A stretch of 64,000 nucleotides of DNA from Macrostomum lignano (Eukaryota). The notes under the pieces were generated by a model. The model saw only the letters and a list, made by a program, of their open reading frames with translations, made no database searches and had not been told where the DNA came from. Of this stretch, positions 49,715 to 60,850 are shown piece by piece. Position 1 is the first letter of the stretch. Each line of letters opens with the position of its first letter. Both the position numbers and the translations under genes were made by a program. The stretch spans positions 1 through 64,000 of the forward strand of contig NIVC01003640.1 of assembly GCA_002269645.1 (NCBI GenBank). Direction: 5' to 3'.

Positions 49715-50530
49715 CCACTTCCTGACCCACAATCCTTCTTCCTGACCCAATCTCCCTCTTTCTGACCCCCTCTCCCTCTTCCTGACCCCAATCTCCCTCT
49801 TCCTGACCCCCTCTCCCTCTTCCTGACCCCCTCTTCCTCTTCCTGGCCCCCTCTCCCTCTTCCTGACCCCCTCTCCCTCTTCCTGGCCCCCTCTCCCTCT
49901 TCCTGACCTCAATCTCCCTCTTCCTGACCCCCTCTCCCTCTTCCTGACCTCAATCTCCCTCTTCCTGACCCCTTCTCCCTCTTCCTGACCCCAATCTCCC
50001 TCTTCCTGACCCCCTCTCCCTCTTCCTGACCCCAATCTCCCTCTTCCTGACCCCAATGTCTCTCTTCCTAATCCACTCTCCCTCTTCCTGACCCACTATC
50101 CCTCTTTCTGACCCACTATCCCTGTTCTTGACCCCAATCTCCCTCTTCCTGACCGCAATCTCCCTCTTCCCGACCCAATATTCATCTCCCTGACCCACAA
50201 TCCCTCTTCCTGACCCTCTCTCTCTTCCTGACCCCAATCTCCCTCTACCTGACCCCAATCTCCCTTTTCCTGACCCACTATTCATCTTCCTGATCCCCTC
50301 TCCCTCTTCCTGACCCCAATCTCCCTCTACCTGACACCAATGTCTCTCTTCCTAATCCACCCTCCCTCTTCCTGACCCACTATCCCTCTTTCTGACCCAC
50401 TATCCCTCTTCCTGACCCCCTCTCCCTCTTCCTGACCCCCTCTTCCTCTTCCTGACCCCAATCTCCCTCTTCCTGACCGCAATCTCCCTCTTCCTGACCC
50501 AGTATCCCTCTTCCTGACCCAATCTCCCCT
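49715..50530. repeat. Pyrimidine-rich 19-20-bp minisatellite CTCCCTCTTCCTGACCCC(AAT)
   Basis: Degenerate tandem copies. Confidence 0.9.
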
Positions 50531-50936
50531 TTTTTATCACACTTTAATTACCCAACATGTCTCCTCAACACTTGATATGTTTCGCTAAAAGCAACAAGAA
50601 CGAGGGCACAAAATGAGGTCAATCCGGTTAAAGGCGGAAGGCAGAGCAATAAAAAAGCATTGAGTATTTTTATTTAACATCTAATAGCGGATTTGAGCAG
50701 ACAATGCTCAACACAGACTGCCAAGAAGAACAGAAATGCAAGCGCAAACAGCGACCGGCAGTTCCATCACGAATTTGTGCATCATTTCACAAAAGCATTT
50801 TATGATTATTGGAGACTTGGCACGGGTTAAAAACTCCGCAGACACATTCAGATGCTGAGAGGCAAACAGGAGAGGAATGAAGGAGAGGACTTGGCAGTCA
50901 AGTCGCGCGTCTCTGTTATCAACCAGGGAATCGAGC

Positions 50937-52029
50937 TTAGGACCGCTTCTTGCGCAGCTGTTTTGCCTTCTTCTGCTCGGCCTCCTGCTCCTTGTAGCGC
51001 TTGGCAACGTAATAAACAGCGTAGAGAATGAAGGCGGGGACGGCGATCAGGGAGGCGAGGCTGTGCAGTGAGGCGCCCGACAGGTCGAACCGGCCGCCGG
51101 AGTCCCTCTTGATTGACACCAGCTTGGTCTCGAATACCAGGGTTGAGTCCGCTGCGGTGGTGAGTGCAGGTTTGATTGCGATGCAGGTGTGCGGGAGGTC
51201 ACTGATGCAGGTGTGCGGGAGGTCACTGATGCAGGTGTGCGGGAGGTCACTGATGCAGGTGTGCGGGAGGTCACTGATGCAGGTGTGCGGGAGGTCACTG
51301 ATGCAGGTGTGCGGGAGGTCACTGATGCAGGTGTGCGGGAGGTCACTGATGCAGGTGTGCGGGAGGTCACTGATGCAGGTGTGCGGGAGGTCACTGATGC
51401 AGGTGTGCGGGAGGTCACTGATGCAGGTGTGCGGGAGGTCACTGATGCAGGTGTGCGGGAGGTCACTGATGCAGGTGTACGGGAGGTCACAGAGGCAGGT
51501 GTGCGAGAGGTCACTGATGCAGGTGTACGGGAGGTCACAGAGGCAGGTGTACGGGAGGTCACAGAGGCAGGTGTACGGGAGGTCACTGATGCAGGTGTGC
51601 GGGGAACTCACGCGGAATGACAGGCGGGTGGCCCTGCTTGCCGTAGGCGAGCTCCGGCGGGATGACCAGCTTGCGGATTTCGCTGAAAATCGGCGGTGAT
51701 TGGGTCAGGCGGGTGACGGATCGGTCAGGTAATTAGATCCCCAATCCGAACATGGGAGACCAGACTTACTCCACACACATGCCCAGCAGGCCCTGCTCCC
51801 AGCCAGGGATAACGTGCCGTTTGCCCAGCACAAATTCGATTGGCTCGCCGCGGCTGTAGGAGGAGTCGAACACCTGGCCGCTGGCGAACTTGCCGGTGTA
51901 GTGCACGGCAACCCGGTCGTTCTGTCGCACCTGGTCCTGGCAGGCGTCTGGCTTGCTCAGGGTGGTGATTTCAACATAGCCAGCTCTGCAGAGCAGGGGC
52001 AGCAGCAGCACAAGCGTCAGTCTTGGCAT
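50937..52029 (-). CDS. FKBP11: ER-type FKBP peptidyl-prolyl isomerase with C-terminal TM anchor, FKBP11-like (3 exons, 181 aa)
   Basis: Exons 52029-51770, 51682-51612 and 51151-50937 are in frame. Signal peptide; VHYTG..FDSSY..VIPGWEQGLLGMC..RKLVIPPELAYG..IPPDSTLVFETKL; TM LIAVPAFILYAVYYVA; C-terminal KKRS (KKxx ER-retrieval). Confidence 0.9.
51177..51611. repeat. 24-bp minisatellite GATGCAGGTGTGCGGGAGGTCACT in FKBP intron 2
   Basis: About 18 copies; the first sense-strand unit overlaps the donor. Confidence 0.95.
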
Positions 52030-52419
52030 AGTAGTTCAGTGCAGGACATGCAATAAAATAATAGATTGTGAATTTGCCTCCTGTTCAACTGAATTCAATT
52101 ATAGAATTTTAGGAATTCAGACAGATAAAGTTATTAAATAAAGCATATATATGCTAAAAACCAGTGGCTTAAATTCTAAAGTTAGACTCCCACAAAAATC
52201 ACACTGAAAAACTGACAAGAAATATTGGAAAATGAAAAGTGGACAGTGTAGAAGTATAGGCCACTGAAATTGTATAACTAGTGCTGTAGTGCAGAGGCTT
52301 GATGTAAACCTTATATAATGATATTGGTCATGCACTTTGTATTTAACCTTGGCTTATTTTAGCCTTTTCTATCTTTTGGATATTAAAATCATATATAATT
52401 AATTAATTATTGATTACAC

Positions 52420-52680
52420 CTGCCCTAATGGGCAGATATGCAAGCTATTGTATGGGGCATCTGAGGGCTGCATATGGCTGTTTAGTCTAAGGAATAGGGG
52501 GTTGCCCTACACACACCCTTAATTACCCCAACAAATGCTAATACCCATTTTACAACTGGATAAACTGAATCAATGCAGAGTTAAGTATCTTGCTCAAGGA
52601 CACAAATTGTTCTGAGTGGATTAAGGATTGAACCCCTGACCTTCCAGTTATAAGTGCAATGCTATAACCACTAGGCACTA
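52420..52680 (-). mobile_element. CORE-like SINE copy 2 (AT-decayed)
   Basis: Aligns with 1560-1798: ACCCATTTTACA..CAATGCAGAGT.AAG..TCTTGCTCAAGGACACAAATTGTT. Confidence 0.7.
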
Positions 52681-53452
52681 GGCTAAAAGCCCATCAAAAA
52701 TCATACAATATTGACAACTAAGGACAATGAATAATAATGCTAATGGGACATAGAAAATTTCCACAAGTTCTCTAAAGCACAAAGGAAAAAATAATAAATG
52801 CTAAAAAGGGGATTACAAAAAGCCTTTTACCTATCCTAATTATTCTAAAGCTTAAGCATAATTTATCACCATGACAAAAATGACTAGGCCTAGACTAGGC
52901 CAAGTTGGATAGTGCCACAAAACAAAGTACTATTAATCTATTACTATTGAACTACTGAGCTCCTTTTCTGGTTTATAGTTAGGTTTACTAATGTAGTTAA
53001 ACAAACCAACAAATGTTTCCATGTTACAATTGGTTTTTGTAGTCCTAAGAGTAAGAAAATCAACTTTAAGTTATTTAGTTACTAAATCTAAATTCAAATG
53101 AAAAAAATTGCAAATAAAACTGTGTAGTAATGCCTATATTTATTTTGTTCATTTTGCTTTAAGTCATTATATTTTAAAAAATACTCCTAGAAATATAATA
53201 TATGGTAAGCCATAGCTATACTATAGCATTGGCATAGCATTAAATTATAAAAATTAAACAACTTAACTGTCGATACAAATAAAATAGAAAGGCTACTAGT
53301 ACTAGGTATTATTATACTATGATAGCAAGTTATAAAAATAGTCTAGGACAAAAGGAATACAATTCTAGAAGAGATGTGAATAGAGGAAAATAAGCTTCAA
53401 TAATACTAATATTTTTATGTAAGTATATAAATTAAATGTATTATATTATTTT

Positions 53453-53612
53453 CAGTGGCGGATTTAGGGGGAGGCACGCAGGGTGCGCCCCCTGGCCCTG
53501 TCCAGTTAGAATTTTTTTTTAATATGGAAATCTCTCGTGTACATTTACATAAATGATTATACATGTACCTTAGTAATCTGCGCCCCATTCAAAATTTTCT
53601 AGATCCATACCC
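53453..53612. mobile_element. Probable degenerate MITE
   Basis: Left end CAGTGGCGGATTTAG; decayed right end CTAGATCCATACCC; no clear TSD. Confidence 0.35.
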
Positions 53613-55652
53613 AATTATTTCAAACAATAATTTACATGTTTTTAAGACTTTTTAAACGGCGATTAAAAAACATATGTAGCTTAAACTTTAAAATAGGGCC
53701 TAAAATTACCCCTGTAAGTATCACAATAATCACGATATGAAAATGATAGTTATTCTGTGCTACATATGTTTTTAGTACTTATTCTGTGAGTGATACATAT
53801 TTGGGATACACACATCCATACCCAAGGGATTTGGACTGGGAATCCTGGGATTTTGCAATTCATTGACTCTCTTTGTATTTTGTTTTATGTATTTCTTTGA
53901 ATTATATACAAATTAAAATCGCGCGTCCACGTTCGTATCCAGCGTCTCTTAACAACTTAAAAAGTTAAAAAGGCCTAGCTGGGTCGGTGCATTTAATGAG
54001 TTTTAGCTTCTTATTCTGAATTAACAGTTCTAAGTCAGAACTTCTAGCATTCTGCTATAAACGTACAGAAAATTTCAGATTATTTGTTACGCTATATTTT
54101 TCATTTCTACTTTCTACTTTCTCACTTTCTACTTTCTCATTTCTAAGTTCAGTGGCGTATATCGAAAATTTGTTGCATTTTGCTATCAAATATTCTATCC
54201 CTGAAATAAAAATACAATTAAGTAACCGATATTTTCGACGCATACATTATGATAATCTAATGTATCATGATGTATGCCGTTGTACATTAGCTTGTGACGT
54301 CAGTTTACGTAGCCACGCCAAGGGCCGTTTTGACATACGGTACCAATCTTTAATATTACTGGTTTCGTATTCTCACGTCTGCTTAAAGTAGTGCCCAAAA
54401 ATTTTTTTATCAGCTGCGTACAATTGTAAACCCTGCGTACAGCGCGCGATCGATAATTTCTATTCCTGTTTTTGTCAGCCGGCCAATAAAAAAGCCGCGC
54501 ATTAATTATATTAATTTCTCTCGCACCCCCCCCCCCCCAGCCCGCTCTTTATCAGTTCTGTCTGGCCGTGCGCTCGGGGTTTAGACCCGTTCAGACCCTG
54601 TTTTGACTCCTTTGCTCCGCCGCCAACCTCATCGTCCCGCCTGGCTTTGCGTCCCCGCCTGTAGGCTCTTGCCGCCTTTACTTGTTTACTTGCCTTCTCT
54701 CTCCGCCTCGCTCCCCCACGGTTTTAGCCACGCCTTTGCCTTTGCCACTCTCAGCCACGCCACTTCTACTACCTATGCTATCTAACTTATTGTTGTGTAG
54801 TCGCCAGTGCATTGTTACGATTTCAACCTGTACTTTTGTTGACAATAAACAAGTCTGTCTGCAGTCATTGATTGCTTTAGCATTAACTTTAACTTTAACT
54901 GATATTACGGCCAAGTGCTACCGCTACAAATTTGCCTCTGCCGCATTCATTTGCTTTTGCTTATTCTCGAGGCCGCCACACTAGTATTCGTCACAAGCTG
55001 GTTTCTTCCCTCTAGTTTACCGTCTTTACCTACCCACCAGTAATTCTCCACGCAATGATGAGCGATTTTGTGGCTCATGTGCTCCAAGTCTATATGCTTG
55101 GCCGGTTGCTGACATCGTGCTACTATATAGACTCACTACAGACACAATCAATGCATCGCACAATATTCGACTCTTGCTCGCCACAAACATGTGGCTGTAT
55201 GAAAGTCACTAAAAAAGCTACAATAAAGAACAATAGATAAAATCGTTCTTACAAACGAAATTCTAAATAAAAATTACTCTTTAAAAAAGTACATGGCAAT
55301 GTTTAGGCTTTATTGGAGAGTGTGACATTCTGTTGTTAGACGAATGTAAGAAAAGGAGTTGATACGATGAGTTTTTTGTCCAGTAAAAGCTTAGTAAGAG
55401 ATAAACAAAACACAAAGTAAGAGCTGTGCGCGCGCGCGTCCATTTTTTGCACGATGCAGGCCCGTCTGAGGTGGTCGAGTGATGCACAATACCTCAGAGT
55501 GAATCCATATGAATCATTTACTAATACTTTTCGTCAAGCGAGCTACATAATGCCTGAATCATGAAGACATTTGATATGAACTGAGTTATATAATTCATCA
55601 CTAAGTCCATTGATTAAGTGTAGCTATAAGTTTTGCTTTTGGAGCCATCGAG

Positions 55653-56593
55653 TAGGGATTCCAAAATCCCGACATTTTACAATCCCGGGATTGAATAGTC
55701 CCGAAATCCCGATGCTGTTGAAATCCCGGGATTCAAAATCCCGGAATCCCGGTGCTTTTGCAATCCCGGGATTAAAAATCCCGGGATTCGATTCCCAAAA
55801 AAATCCCGGGATTCAAATCCCGGATTTTTGGCCCCAATCCCGGGATCCCGGGATCCCGGGATTGGAATCCCTAAATTGCTAGACGGACTGTGCAGCGTGC
55901 CGCGTGCAGTAGTCATGGTCTCGCGACTCTCAGAGTCTCAGGGCCTTTTCATATTACCAATTCCAGAACCAGAATCGGTTCGGAATTCCAAGAAAAACAG
56001 CAGTATAACTATTAAACTCTGTTAATATTTGACTGCCTTAACAGCCTCACTTAGCACAATTTTTCACTTTCTTCTTGGCGACTGTCATTCAATTATAAAA
56101 ACTTTATAGCACGTATCTCCCTCTAGTTATGGAGACAAAAAGTTTATACTTCACAAATTGGTTCTTGTTCTGGAACCAGAGCAAGCAATATGAAAAGGCC
56201 CTCAGTCTCGTCTCGTGGTAGAAAACGAAAAAAAAGTTAAAATTATCTATAATTTACAGTTCACATTAACAATTTTTAGCTCAATTAAGACAGGAGCTTT
56301 GCAAATGTTTAACGTTTCATTGAGAAACAGCAAAAACAAATAAATGTTTTATTATTCAAATAAACGTTTAGACTTTAAATTATCTAATTTAGGCATTGAA
56401 AGGTCGTTCTAATCCCGGACCAATCCCGGGATTAAGGCCTTGAAATCCCGGGATCCCGATCCCGGTCTTTTGCAATCCCGGGATTAAAAATCCCGGGATT
56501 CGATTCCCAAAAAAATCCCGGGATTCAAATCCCGGATTTTTGGCCCCAATCCCGGGATCCCGGGATCCCGGGATCCCGGGATTGGAATCCCTA
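55653..56593. mobile_element. Composite non-autonomous hAT-type element (941 bp) with perfect 8-bp TSD
   Basis: TIR TAGGGATTCCA / TGGAATCCCTA; TSD CCATCGAG at 55645-55652 and 56594-56601; an extra internal right end finishing at 55873; dense ATCCCG/CGGGAT subterminal motifs. Confidence 0.9.
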
Positions 56594-59320
56594 CCATCGA
56601 GTCGCAAGCGGAGACGGAGAAAAAACATCATTAATAACTTTGCTGTAGTTTACCATATATAGGGTCATTCACACCCACCATCAATTTTGCGGGGGTTACA
56701 CCAAGGGGTGGACATTCTTAACAGCAAAGCTCTAGCAACGACCAACGCTCATTTTGGTTTTCGGAGTTATGATATTTCCAAGGACTGACTAGACTAGAAC
56801 ACTATAACGAAGTATTCCTAGTGGTCCTTGGATATTTTGTGTTTAGATATGTGTTGTGATATTTCGGGTTTGTGATGTTTCGGGTTGTGATGTTTCGGGT
56901 TTTTGATATTTCAGTTTGTGATGGCGACCCCGAAACGCCGAGTGCGAGAGCTGTCCTGGTCTTGGCCCATTGGCGATCTTGTCCCATTCCGGACCGCGAT
57001 GACCAACCCAAGATGCTTGAAAAACCAAGTGCTCGGACAGACTGACTGCACCGGAGGTGGATTATGACATGTGTTGTGTCGCAGTGACCTTGCACCGCAA
57101 GCCGTCCTTGGCTGGCAGTCGGGTGCGCCTGATATTGCACCAACCCCCTCCCTCTCACTAATTTCTCTCACCCGCCCCAACTGCCTGCTATGCCTCTGAG
57201 CTGAGCTGGCTGCCCCCCACCACCCCCGTCGCGTTTTTTATCTCGTCCCTTTCTGTCCCTCCCACGCCACCCGATTGGCTGCCACCACTTTCTCAAGCCC
57301 CCGGCCCCCACGCGCTCTAAGCTTGTTTATTTTCTGAATGTTTTGGCTGGCTGGCCCGGGATGAGCGATTACCCTAGGGTTTAACCATTCAGCCTAAATA
57401 TAAAGTTGCGCGCTCCCGACGAGTGGAGGGCTCCCATCAAGAAGTGGGAGGAGCGCCACGTTCTTTACGATATGTCTGTGACTGTGATGGTACTCGTATT
57501 GGGATTAGGGACGGGCTGAGCCGGAGATTTGCGACGCGACCTCACGCACCGGTTCAGACTCAGTTCAACTAGGGCGGCAGAAACCATCTTGCGTTCGTCG
57601 TCCTGAATAGTAACAAACGGAAAACTCCCCTTTAGGTAGCAGTCTCGGACAAGGGATACTCAGCAACATTACCATTAGAGGTTTAAAGCTCATTATTTTC
57701 TTATCCAACACAACACCAAGCGGCATCTCGCGCGCCCTGGAGAGGTTCGAGTCCAAACTCCGTTTCTATACAGCTAACTGAATCCTTGCGTCCAATCCAG
57801 TTATTTGGCCTCCAAAAAATTGGGAGATAAAGTGCGCGATAAGATTGATTTAGGCGTATTTTGTTTCCTGCCTACAGAAGAGAAAGGCCCAGAGAATCTG
57901 AGCCGGTCAGTCATTGATAGAGCAGCTAGTTGCAGAATACACCCTTATACTCACAAATCTATATTGACAGCTAGAGCATAGCGCTCTCTTTTCTGTAATC
58001 TCGCTCTGAATAAGCTGTATGGAACGGAGTTCGGAGTTGAAATTCTTCAGGAGTGCCTTTTCAAGCCGGTAGTGTGCCTGCAGCAGACCAGCGGGCGCCT
58101 CATCAACTTGCTGTTCGAGCAAGCCGGTCAACGTCCATGACTCGACTTTGAATAAAGCAGGACTGTCTTGACCACCGCCTGAAAAAAACGCCGCTCTCTG
58201 GCGGTCAGATAGGCGCTCGGACTGCAGGACCATCCTCACGGCAGGGACTACTTGAACTAGTTTAAATAGTCCCTGCCCACGACGCCCTGCAGACGTACGA
58301 AATGTGTGTTTTTACACCAACCAAGCGACAGAATTATTCAATCCACGGCCAAGTACAGAAGCAGAACTTATTACTACTAGTAGGATTACAGCGTCTTTTT
58401 ACTCCGCTCTATTCGCGTCGTTAACTTGCGACATGCAATCTGAGGGCATGGTGTACTTCTTTTGCTTCTTTTGGTAAAAACTTACATGTATTTATCTCGC
58501 ATACTTAAGGGAAGTAGCAGCGTCCGTCTGTTTCTTGCAAGCGTCGAGATTTCAATCAACAATTAATCAGTTCAGTGGCAAATCTTGTCTAATAAATGAA
58601 GATCAATATGTATACAAGAGACAAATTCATTTAACAACTAACAGTGAATTTAGCGGCAGTGATCTTGTGTCTGCCGATTTCCTTCTCTTCAGTTTAAATT
58701 CAATATTAAGAGCTAGGACGCACATGAAGACAGGTAAGTTTAAGACTACTTTGGTGAATCAGTTTGCAAAGGTTGATGTCGGCAGGATAGTCCAATCCTA
58801 AGGATCAGATAATCCAATTGCCGACCTTAAAATCCCTGTGCCATTCAATCACAGTATCGCTACTTGGGGCTGGCGACGAGATCGGCAGTGAGAACGTCCC
58901 AGAGGCCAGCGCTGTCTCGGCTGTAAAGACCGAATCTCCCCCCAGACTATCTTCTGAGACCCGACCTGCTAATTTTAACGAGTGTAACCAATTTGTCCAT
59001 GGCTTTGATACTTGCCGTACTACATTGCCTTACACCGCCCCCAAAGCTGCTACACCATCCGTCTACCTGTCTAAGCTGCTGCACCGACGATCTAGAATAA
59101 TAAGCTGCAATCAACTGTGGAAAAAATTCAAAACTTTCAGTCTGTCTAAAACTCTGCATTTAGACAAAATCTGAAAAAAATATTTTGCAACAAAAATTTA
59201 TTTTTTCACGATGATGTTCTTCGGTGGATAAAAAACGAATTCCTTCCAAATTCATGCAGAAGTCACCGCGGTGCACGCGAGTTCAATTCATTCTCTTCAT
59301 TCTTCATTCAGTTCCGAAAT

Positions 59321-60850
59321 TCACGCAGCCGATGGCAGTGGCGGCTGTGGCCCATCGGTCACCAGTGTCTCGGTCAGGTCTTGGATGCGAGTGTCCGGCA
59401 GACTGCGGGTCGGAAAGGCGGCAACGAAACAGGCGAGGCCGATGGTGGCGAACCTGGCCGGGATGTAGGGGATGAAGTTCACCAGCGGCGACAGCATGCA
59501 GCCGGTCCGCAGGGTGGCCATCAGGAGCCCAAGTCCGGTGTTGCGTACCGCTGTCGGGTAGATCTCCGCTCCGACCGCCGTGATGGCACAGAAGGCGATG
59601 TTCGAGAAGAACTTGCCGCTCACGGCCAGGAAGACCAAAAGAACGATGACACCAGTGCTAAGCTGCTCGTCTTCGGAATGCACGGTGACAAAAACAATAA
59701 TGATCGCAACGCAGCAGCAAAAGATTGCCACCCCGCTGAAAAACAGAGTGCGGCCCCGACTGAATATGTTCAGCAATGGCAGAGCCGGTGTCTCCACAGC
59801 GGCCATGAGAGCGAAGGTGATATAGATGTTCGGTACGGCGTGGGTGATCACGAACGTGAAACCGTAGAAAGCAAAACCGCTGCTGAAACTGTACAGGCAA
59901 GTGGACAACAGGCGGAAGACCACTACCCTGTCTGATAGCAGCTTCTTGATGGAGGTGCACAGCGAGCCTCCGAGCATCGCGCGAGGCGTCCCATGGTCTT
60001 TGGTTTGCTGAGTCTCGAGAAGCTCTCCGTTCTCTTCGAGCTGCAGCGACTCCTCACCTTGACCACCCGAGCTCAGACTGAGAACACTCTCTGGCAATGA
60101 GCGCCTGTTGATCCATGCAATCTTCTGCAGCGCTCGTTTCACCTTCTTGACGGATTTCGTTCGTTGTGAGAGCAGCCAGGACGGACTCTCGGGCAGAAAA
60201 GCGATTGCAATGACCGGCGGTATAACGAAGAAGCTGTTAGCGATCATCAACCACTTGTAGTCTCGTAGTGCAAAAGCCAGAAGAGCCAGCAAGACACCGC
60301 CTTGAGCTGTGCCCAGATTGTACGACTTGACGTACCTGCCCCGGTGCTCCGTCATCAGCACCTCGTTGCCGTACACAAACACTGAGCCCATAGTCCAGCT
60401 GGCGAAGAAGCCGCAGACAAGACGGCTGGCCAGATGCAGCCAGAACTGCGGCGCTAGCGCGGCCAGCAGATTGGTGGCCAGAGTGCACAACAGGCCGATC
60501 AGCAGTCCGGGAATTCGCCCGATGCTGTCGGTGACCGGCCCGGCCATCAATGAGCCGGGGATGCAGCCGGCAAGTAGGAAGACGCCGGACAACTCACCGA
60601 GAGAGGCCTGACTGTCACAGAGACCGTACTCGGCGCTGACGGACGTCGTGAAGCCGTGCTGGCTGCTGTTGGCCGCGGCGACAATGTCTTCCGCAGTCGC
60701 GTTGGCGCTGCAGGTCATGAGGTTGTGGAAAGCTCCACCAGCGATGATCATCCCGCAGAAGCCGCAGGTTAAGCAGCCAACAATGCAGACGATAACCTGG
60801 TAGAGGCCAAAGCCGCCGATGTCCCTGAAAGTAGCCTGTAGGTCAAGCAT
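59321..60850 (-). CDS. SLC22-like organic cation/anion MFS transporter, intronless (509 aa)
   Basis: N-terminal FRDIGGFGLYQ; DSIGR loop motif; VYGNEVLMTEHRG; AEIYPTAVRNTGLG; LPDTR; multiple TM segments. First ATG at 60850. Confidence 0.9.
   Translation of the reverse strand: MLDLQATFRDIGGFGLYQVIVCIVGCLTCGFCGMIIAGGAFHNLMTCSANATAEDIVAAANSSQHGFTTSVSAEYGLCDSQASLGELSGVFLLAGCIPGSLMAGPVTDSIGRIPGLLIGLLCTLATNLLAALAPQFWLHLASRLVCGFFASWTMGSVFVYGNEVLMTEHRGRYVKSYNLGTAQGGVLLALLAFALRDYKWLMIANSFFVIPPVIAIAFLPESPSWLLSQRTKSVKKVKRALQKIAWINRRSLPESVLSLSSGGQGEESLQLEENGELLETQQTKDHGTPRAMLGGSLCTSIKKLLSDRVVVFRLLSTCLYSFSSGFAFYGFTFVITHAVPNIYITFALMAAVETPALPLLNIFSRGRTLFFSGVAIFCCCVAIIIVFVTVHSEDEQLSTGVIVLLVFLAVSGKFFSNIAFCAITAVGAEIYPTAVRNTGLGLLMATLRTGCMLSPLVNFIPYIPARFATIGLACFVAAFPTRSLPDTRIQDLTETLVTDGPQPPLPSAA

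Noticed and set aside
56640-56935. Transposon-end-like fragments (TTTCGGG repeats ending GGCGACCCC)
   Set aside because: No partner end or TSD in the window.
57565-58239. Penelope/LINE ORF remnants
   Set aside because: No RT, GIY-YIG or endonuclease motifs recognisable; frames are short and broken.
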